From UHGV virus genome UHGV-0205111: a DNA stretch of 39,948 nt; one strand, 5' to 3'. The notes under the pieces were generated by a model. It saw only the letters and a list, made by a program, of their open reading frames with translations, searched no databases and was not told the origin of the DNA. The position numbers and the translations under genes were made by a program. Below, piece by piece: positions 36,801-39,948 of this stretch (position 1 is the stretch's first letter; every line of letters starts with the position of its first letter). This stretch comes from a virus.

Positions 36801-37531
36801 AACTGGTGATGCGTGACCGAGCAACCTTTGAAGCAGATAGGGCCGTACGAAATGTATTAGGGTCCGGCATGACAAAAGACCAAGCGCAAGTACAGCGAAC
36901 CCAAGGATTAGTATCTCAAATCATCCCATTTTATTCATACTGCAGCACGGTAATGAACGCGCTCATCCAAGAAGGGTACAACATTAGCGCAGGAAAAAGC
37001 AAAGTAGGCATGTGGAATGCCATGTTGTACTGGATTGTGCTTCCTACAATTTTTGAGCAGCTATTCCGATCGGCAGTAGCCGGTGACGATTGGGAAACCT
37101 TAATGAAAAAGATGGGCGTTAAAATGATTACCAATACAACGCAAGGTGTACCAGTAGTACGGGATGCGGTTGAATTTGCGGCCAATGCAGCGTTTGATTT
37201 ACCAAACTACGATAGCGGCAATGTACTGGCGATTTCCATCTTTGACGAACTGCAAAAAAGCATACAGTCGGCTGGCTCAAAAAATCAAGATGCAACCGAC
37301 GTGGCAAGACATCTGACCAGAGCTTTGAACAGATACACAGGCTTTTCTGATACCCTCACAGATGGATTCTGGTCACTGATGCGGTTTAGCTTAGTCGATA
37401 CAGATAGAAGCGTCATTGACTTGGCAAACAGCGCCATTTTTGATAGACGCTATAAAACAGCAAAAGAGAGAGAAAAAGCAGAAAAACAAAAAGAAAAGAA
37501 AAATACAAAACAGAAGGACGATAAAAAATGA
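27890..37531 (+). CDS. Giant (3213 aa) polyvalent internal virion protein with LPD-like domain, two ART-PolyVal-like domains and a zincin HExxH motif
   Basis: Two AWHGSP..F..FD...G.GEG....G.GLYF units, SFIHEAGH, and ERFARAFERY..G.AP typical of large polyvalent/ejection proteins; position before the tail fibre. Confidence 0.8.
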   Translation: MAEYEFKPGNIEDAINKNGETFSNPINILPTEEEKEQIAADVQQEQEENYAKLDAIMASGQPVRRKMPDLVTIPKIYGKSLSMPEATRGWDDLGIGEKLLYGTQEKLWDVYRNVTNDQAHILSDARRYAPSIGVTPQYLVDNPDEMERARLEYDRKQKLGFMPVDENYSSGMLDANYPELKDIRLSDPVGAAQALQNYQDVHGMRNIFDSIHDTIFGVKELLLDAYNSGSDMVKLYDAQMKAVKTGDVEAARPEVDEITQRLKEYHEQDEPTTPLGKVVYDTIQQLTIYGTQGLRALQYVPKGMAMAMAAAAPAAAAAGPETLGAGTAAILTGAGITGAAWGFRTGMFKEIQNQSMAERYWQMANAKDKNGKPMYSRNNMLLDSIGTGTINGAIELGLLELGYKPIKAAWGKDAAKAILTNGAAQRDIAEAGKGAIARIALTQGALQYARGVASELAEEGAQSVVGSMAENIEYGIHGQGKWNTVGDVLNDAIDSMVQAVPAALGMGGMGAAVHTAGNYKAMNNIASIKLNEWKEEYKRNVEKQTIDQLIAQKKENNLAKEAPDVYQKVVDAQAKQVGMDTMYVDAQELARTEAGVNVLNDMVNKGIVSGEQVDNAVSNGTDLEIKTGVFAQLADETTDTQTLMDATTMNKGGVHMAALRERAKRIEAMRQELSQLANDKSDKLAEEIVQEHFKDADEPMQEAARDVVYRNPYDIEKSYKDAVKEARNEYENAVNYTYYSTYKPQGVSIVTADANGYNNTQTGRGYRMSENEPWYSDMYKEYGGKATKEQLLDVAYKNERKEIAASSPELLQEWENNVAEKKARYETLKGMEEKFSALAKSDYALRNTFTKDGASVYTQALHTLSNASEQASQAAKENAFIYARMAERWTNIMNEYGDTAYTPKKFMEQHPIVAGNKKAGTYGQPITNMDIQLDKPAPVITIKEKYAGMDWKDLRKQLPGTVENDIVSKINEKGEYIPYVNEATKNKVIVTKKGSLSHFKSDKTSSPDSTKKRQNTLHYEMIEAVPEIIKRGIWIEDHIDRHQKAIYVSRIIAPVQIGAHIYAVKLTVKKDENKYLLESGEYTHFRAYDIETEEEPKSGSTSTNSDARPDHQQPIPLLSSSNLSIRELLKNVNDGLKHGPYVNNDGTPNYGIYFGDNETGGVMYITPKDTTYEQRAWHGSPHDFNKFDLGYIGTGEGFNNHGYGLYFSKSKKIAQEYKKRLGKNIGKLYEAEIPDEKDMLNEDVLYKRLPQSIKNGIKKVYQELDATQKNIFTSQIIEEDRPTAEENKILSQLKEIQKVRENLEMLSKGEPIKGLRKARIKKELLKANFKEEQIEQLFNDFGYAEQIKGSYLNENAQLESKLRKKQQLIENRIQIHNNELKNNLFDYLEKTASGYASGRGIYHALSEALDGDARKASALLNKNGIKGIIYDGRGEGRCYVVFDDKAISIIDKHNQDGAIYEQRAWHGSPYNFDTFDLGAMGKGEGHQAHGWGLYFAKDRNVSEAYKKVLGDKNTSIEVNQTIYRLNEDGDWAVPWGNVIKYGSAMGYVLDSMHEKGSREKAIADLKDALKRNRIRGVYADEARKAIGILKEGNIKLNKTDRLYEVEIPENDVLLDEQKTIGEQPQKVQDAIMDMLFGRNVNAALREAEKKGGVEGKFAVEKALRYISEDEDELKARGISEEEVEHAYNKALEYVDEELLLKAQEEKLSYEDPEKPHLEEGHKDKYKVKELTGEEFYNELAMSTPGYDEAASKLLNEYGIKGITYEGERDGRCYVVFDDQAISIIDKYNQQLNGVKAAYNANTGAIHLFDAADQSSFIHEAGHMWLSEMKNMAMQEGAPEQLIKDLDVLTAWGTYSPEKMNDYAGTNREKEFAEYAKAIEDARKSGDAIAIKAAEERWMQERFARAFERYIADGKAPVRELQGPFRKFKKWLIGIYQDLKNLGKEPPEDVKRVMDRMLATDEEIETWAKLREINAWDRKGFSGDLSGSEGNMIKKWAEKIRETAKEKLMQKYMEDIKKQDEADRQRGLEEEKIAYQKQLCEENELYKYENLYNTMPEARAGILAKLNIADEKEFRKAMQEAGGTLEERTHEYMKAKQEEYDALMYSPEQIRTMADEQLASTNGQIALNELEAHAMRRKLNSYIAECVKAMREVGNVSGTDAEVAAQLRNILHVEDIADKEKAAKGAMKDSILAKSKEIADLKKRLAETKEKGKETKEQNERTIAQLKAGLNEVIKGLNDARDMGRSNYQSVLRLTREEMNDMTVGDATTWRHYEIKAKSASRRADVQMSAGNFTEAIIEKNNAQKFYCMSRVAKENEDFLRKALGHDYEDAATGEERTGIAGIINRIKRQKNPVRMGPNERYFIEHLAYILGLDNRDGRMPLDDKGNPIGINWEYLYRDLSPDNATEQKSKLNPDDLIAPWVRAMVERKDRIEDYQKNIAMAQMKDIYQAIQAIYRVGKRDYEATTLMNDGKTVSIIDAVTEMLAERDYSVDTIEQKLWSAEQEENDKTATGRLKDTLSDALLSLTKPEIVLNDMGKSFIKYIYKPIDTASRNEMSMLQQAYKEFGEIYNMYSKTEWRHIRQDKLYNLGRISNYTKEQVMTIALNWGNKEGRQRILDNLNEGIQHEHEKYTQTDVENLFAKVFTEKDLDFLESVWKQIDQYWPERNKVQERLYGVGLGRVQATPYTINGRKVSGGYYPIVYDPKISTRTTDMELDDIVKSQLSGNAAMSIGMGSTKKRVKVVKGQVVMKSLNIWPQAVNEAIHHICMREAVTDVYKLLNRKEMEAVIVQDYGIETYQMLKQWARDCWKTDIAKTDKISRMLETLRRNTSYSVMAYRASTAILNVLNIFPMMREIGFANTWMALKDVYITGNYKKNRQFVMEHSPFMAERINTLDKDFRQHMTFDVDKNASIISVKSNGVGNKVQYIGGIKDGINRFAYLAIAETDLMLSMPLWKWQYEESLRRQIEEGKTDELVMRDRATFEADRAVRNVLGSGMTKDQAQVQRTQGLVSQIIPFYSYCSTVMNALIQEGYNISAGKSKVGMWNAMLYWIVLPTIFEQLFRSAVAGDDWETLMKKMGVKMITNTTQGVPVVRDAVEFAANAAFDLPNYDSGNVLAISIFDELQKSIQSAGSKNQDATDVARHLTRALNRYTGFSDTLTDGFWSLMRFSLVDTDRSVIDLANSAIFDRRYKTAKEREKAEKQKEKKNTKQKDDKK
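31165..31252 (-). ncRNA. Putative antisense small RNA inside the giant gene
   Basis: 18-bp terminal stem (31168-31185 / 31235-31252, one G-U on the minus strand) beginning at the predicted TSS of the promoter at 31259-31287. Confidence 0.5.
31259..31287 (-). promoter_or_regulatory. Near-consensus sigma-70/sigma-A promoter, antisense within the CDS
   Basis: Minus-strand TTGACA-17 nt-TATACT. Confidence 0.65.
31403..33256 (+). repeat. Tandem domain duplication (two ART-like units)
   Basis: Units ~31403-32254 and ~32267-33256 both start YEQRAWHGSP and end RCYVVFDD.AISIIDK.NQ, with divergent middles. Confidence 0.85.
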
Positions 37532-39252
37532 TTCAAACTGCCGAAGTAAGTATTACATACAAAGGAGACGGCGTGCAAACGTCGTTTCCGTACCCGTACC
37601 CGTATCGTAATAGTGCTGATATAATTGGCTATATTATTAATGATATAGGCTATGAAACACGTATTACGACGAATTTTAAATATGACGAGGTAAGCAATAC
37701 CTATCAATATCCATTGAGCGGAGAACCGCTTTCGTCATCATACTCTATTAAACTTATTCGAGAAACACCGCAACAACAAAACGCTGCTCTGCCCAGTAAA
37801 CTGCCGTTTTCACTCATTGAAAAAAGCCTGGACTGGATTATCATGATTCTACAAGAAATCGGAAGCCGCAGTAATAACTTGTGGAATACCAGAAACGATT
37901 GCAAACTAAGTGAAACCAATGCTAGAAATAGTGCCAGTGCTGCAGCTAATAGTGAAGACAAAGCGAGACTCAGTGAAAATAATGCTAAAAGCAGCGCTAA
38001 TGCTGCAGCTAATAGTGAAAACATGGCGAAAAAATGGGCGATTGATACGACAAGCCCCGATGGAGCTACAGATAATGACAGTTATACAGGTAAAACACAA
38101 AGCAGTCGCATATGGGCTTTGTATAGTAAAGAACAGGCGCAAGCTGCTAAAGTATCAGAAACTAATTCTAAGCTTTCAGAAACCAATGCAAAATCTTCAG
38201 AAACAAAAGCAGCTGTGTCGGCAACCAATGCGAAAACATCAGAAACTAATGCTAAAACATCAGAAAGAACTGCTAGTGACAGTGCTTCTGCTAGTGCGTC
38301 TAGTGCAAGTGCGTCGACTATGAGTGCCACTAATGCTAAGACTTCCGAAACAAAAGCACTTGCATCTGAAAACAATGCAAAGACTTCTGAAACAAAAGCC
38401 CTTGCATCTGAGCAGAATGCTAAAGATTCAGAAACTAATGCTAGTGCATCAGCTGAAGCTGCTTCTTCGTCTGAAACAAATGCTTTGGCATCTGAAGTCC
38501 ATGCAAGAACTTATGCAACAAATGCGGCTAACAGTGCAAAACAAGCGGCAGAATCAGCAGGTGTCTTTCAGGATTTTACAGGGGCTACAGCTACTACTGA
38601 TGGTACGGGTGGTAAAGTTCCTAAACCATTAGCAGGTCAACAGAATAAAGTATTAAAAGCGGATGGCACATGGGGTGATGGTGTAACGCCTAAGACACTT
38701 TGGGATGGTATGCACTCTTATCCAGTAAACTATGTGCCTGCTGATTTGTCTAATGTTGGGTGGAATCAGTTAGGTTTTTGTTCTATTTATTACACTCAGA
38801 ATAAAATTAATAATCAGCCTACACAATATGGACAGCTTATTAATATTCCTGCTGATGCAAATAATGAAAGTACACAACTATGGATAGAACAGAATGGTGG
38901 TACTATTTTTTCTCGTGGTGGTAATGGTAACATCAGAGTAAATGATACCTCATTTAAAAGATTTGCTACACTAGATGATGTTAATTCCGCCGAAAAAGTG
39001 GATAGTCAAGGGAATAACTGGATTCGCTATAAAAGTGGATTACAAATGTGTTGGAATAATAAACTTAAAGCTACGATAACGTGGACATTCCCTGTTCCTT
39101 TTTCTTCATCACCTGCTGCTGTATCGACAAGTCACCCTGATTCTGAATATGGTATTAGCGGTTTTTCTCAACTTAGTAACACATCTTGTAAGGTAGTTGA
39201 GGAAGGAGATGGTGTCTATGTATGTGCTATAGTAATAGGAAGGTGGAAATAA
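37528..39252 (+). CDS. Tail fibre protein
   Basis: T7 gp17-like N-terminal anchor (YKGDGVQTSFPYPY), Ser/Ala/Thr heptad repeats, C-terminal gp53-like WIRYKSGLQMCW...TFPVPF. Confidence 0.85.
   Translation: MIQTAEVSITYKGDGVQTSFPYPYPYRNSADIIGYIINDIGYETRITTNFKYDEVSNTYQYPLSGEPLSSSYSIKLIRETPQQQNAALPSKLPFSLIEKSLDWIIMILQEIGSRSNNLWNTRNDCKLSETNARNSASAAANSEDKARLSENNAKSSANAAANSENMAKKWAIDTTSPDGATDNDSYTGKTQSSRIWALYSKEQAQAAKVSETNSKLSETNAKSSETKAAVSATNAKTSETNAKTSERTASDSASASASSASASTMSATNAKTSETKALASENNAKTSETKALASEQNAKDSETNASASAEAASSSETNALASEVHARTYATNAANSAKQAAESAGVFQDFTGATATTDGTGGKVPKPLAGQQNKVLKADGTWGDGVTPKTLWDGMHSYPVNYVPADLSNVGWNQLGFCSIYYTQNKINNQPTQYGQLINIPADANNESTQLWIEQNGGTIFSRGGNGNIRVNDTSFKRFATLDDVNSAEKVDSQGNNWIRYKSGLQMCWNNKLKATITWTFPVPFSSSPAAVSTSHPDSEYGISGFSQLSNTSCKVVEEGDGVYVCAIVIGRWK
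37909..38560 (+). repeat. SETNAK / SETKAL heptad repeats in the tail fibre shaft
   Basis: Many imperfect 7-aa repeats (21-nt units such as TCAGAAACTAATGC). Confidence 0.8.
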
Positions 39253-39253
39253 A

Positions 39254-39481
39254 ATGATAGGAACTAAATTATACAAACAAGATTTAAAAATCATTGAATA
39301 TGAAAATATTTCAACATGGTGCAACAAAAATAATGCTATGATAGTTGACAAGGGAGAATATTTTGAAGTAACTCCTTGTCCAGCCTTTACAAAAGAAAAG
39401 ATACCCTCTTTGTCTGAACGCATAGCTGTTCTTGAGGATGCTGTAAACACCTTGATGGAAGGAGAGGTTACAAATGGCTAA
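39254..39481 (+). CDS. Small tail-associated hypothetical protein
   Basis: WCNKNNAMIVDKGEYFEV...SLSERIAVLEDAV; follows the tail fibre. Confidence 0.7.
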   Translation: MIGTKLYKQDLKIIEYENISTWCNKNNAMIVDKGEYFEVTPCPAFTKEKIPSLSERIAVLEDAVNTLMEGEVTNG

Positions 39482-39635
39482 ATATTTGGCGTACCAGATT
39501 ATTTTGCAGAAACTAAAGTACGATACAGTTATCACAAGATTCCCAAAGTACAAAGAAGGTATTGATAGGGTGCTTGATGATATGGGTTGGATGATTGACA
39601 CAGAAGGAAATTGTGTAGGGAAGAAAAAAGGATAG
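39474..39635 (+). CDS. 53-aa XkdX/CD1375-like small protein
   Basis: RBS GGAGAGG; MAKYLAYQIILQKLKYDTVITRFPKYKEGIDRVL; absent from the ORF track. Confidence 0.6.
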   Translation: MAKYLAYQIILQKLKYDTVITRFPKYKEGIDRVLDDMGWMIDTEGNCVGKKKG

Positions 39636-39703
39636 AAGGAAGGAAGATACATGAAGAAAATGTTATATACACTTAGTACATTATGGACACCACTTGAAAA
39701 AAC

Positions 39704-39943
39704 ATGAGCGAACAAGAATATAAAGAAGAAATTGTGCAGCGTCTCGCAGCCATTGAAGCAAGACTGGAATTGATGCAAAAAAACATGGAAGTATTGACGG
39801 AAAAGCTAGATAAAACAAATCAAACGGCAATTATTGCAAGTCAGTCCAGCAAATCAGCACATCACAGGATATCTACGATGTACTGCATAGCAGGAGCGAT
39901 TGGCGCAGTTGTATCTTTTGTAGTTGATTTTTTTAGGAGGTAG
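39704..39943 (+). CDS. XhlA-like holin / hemolysin-family membrane protein
   Basis: Coiled coil, SKSAHHRI motif and C-terminal TM. Confidence 0.7.
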   Translation: MSEQEYKEEIVQRLAAIEARLELMQKNMEVLTEKLDKTNQTAIIASQSSKSAHHRISTMYCIAGAIGAVVSFVVDFFRR

Positions 39944-39948
39944 CAAAA

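Larger units (their letters stand above)
1..39948. mobile_element. Temperate phage genome (BPP-1/T7-like podovirus architecture), apparently complete and circular
   Basis: Integrase, repressor, terminase, portal, capsid, tail, ejection and lysis genes are all present and no host genes are recognisable. AGGAGG at 39935-39940 would serve as RBS for the ATG at position 1 if the ends are joined. Confidence 0.93.

Noticed and set aside
14444..37707. Numerous minus-strand ORFs within the structural module
   Set aside because: They are shadow frames of long + strand genes, without RBSs or recognisable motifs.
37528..39948. BPP-1-like diversity-generating retroelement
   Set aside because: Despite BPP-1-like virion genes, I saw no reverse transcriptase ORF and no TR/VR repeat pair.
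1..39948. tRNA genes, T7-like RNA/DNA polymerase, stop-codon recoding
   Set aside because: No cloverleaf or polymerase motifs were noticed by eye; long genes are intact under the standard code.

Overview
The window looks like a complete, circular ~39.9 kb temperate podovirus genome: the last bases carry an AGGAGG RBS 8 nt before the ATG at position 1. The virion module is BPP-1/T7-like (TerS, TerL, head-tail connector portal, scaffold, capsid, cement, tail tubular A/B, ejection proteins, tail fibre). The host is probably a diderm Firmicute (Negativicutes), inferred from an NLQLFA Prp-type motif in the scaffold, Firmicute-style RBSs, a YneA-like gene and spanin-like genes. Lysogeny functions are a large serine integrase with a candidate attP and an XRE repressor with operators. 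The only recognisable replication gene is an HUH rolling-circle initiator with a candidate nick site. The most notable items are: (1) a solitary type I-C CRISPR-like repeat inside the virion operon (Racr-like); (2) a near-consensus antisense promoter and ~85-nt hairpin RNA hidden inside the 3213-aa polyvalent ejection protein gene, which has tandem ART-like domains; (3) a cluster of nucleotide-sponge anti-defence fusions (Tad2-like, Acb2-like) with uncharacterised partners; (4) a six-gene Q/N/M/C-rich module of unknown function with a BclA-C-like protein; (5) an integrase leader hairpin with a uORF and a complementary 'trigger' sequence in the early operon; (6) three unannotated membrane micropeptides where cro would be expected. 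All family assignments come from motif recognition by eye; no searches were run.
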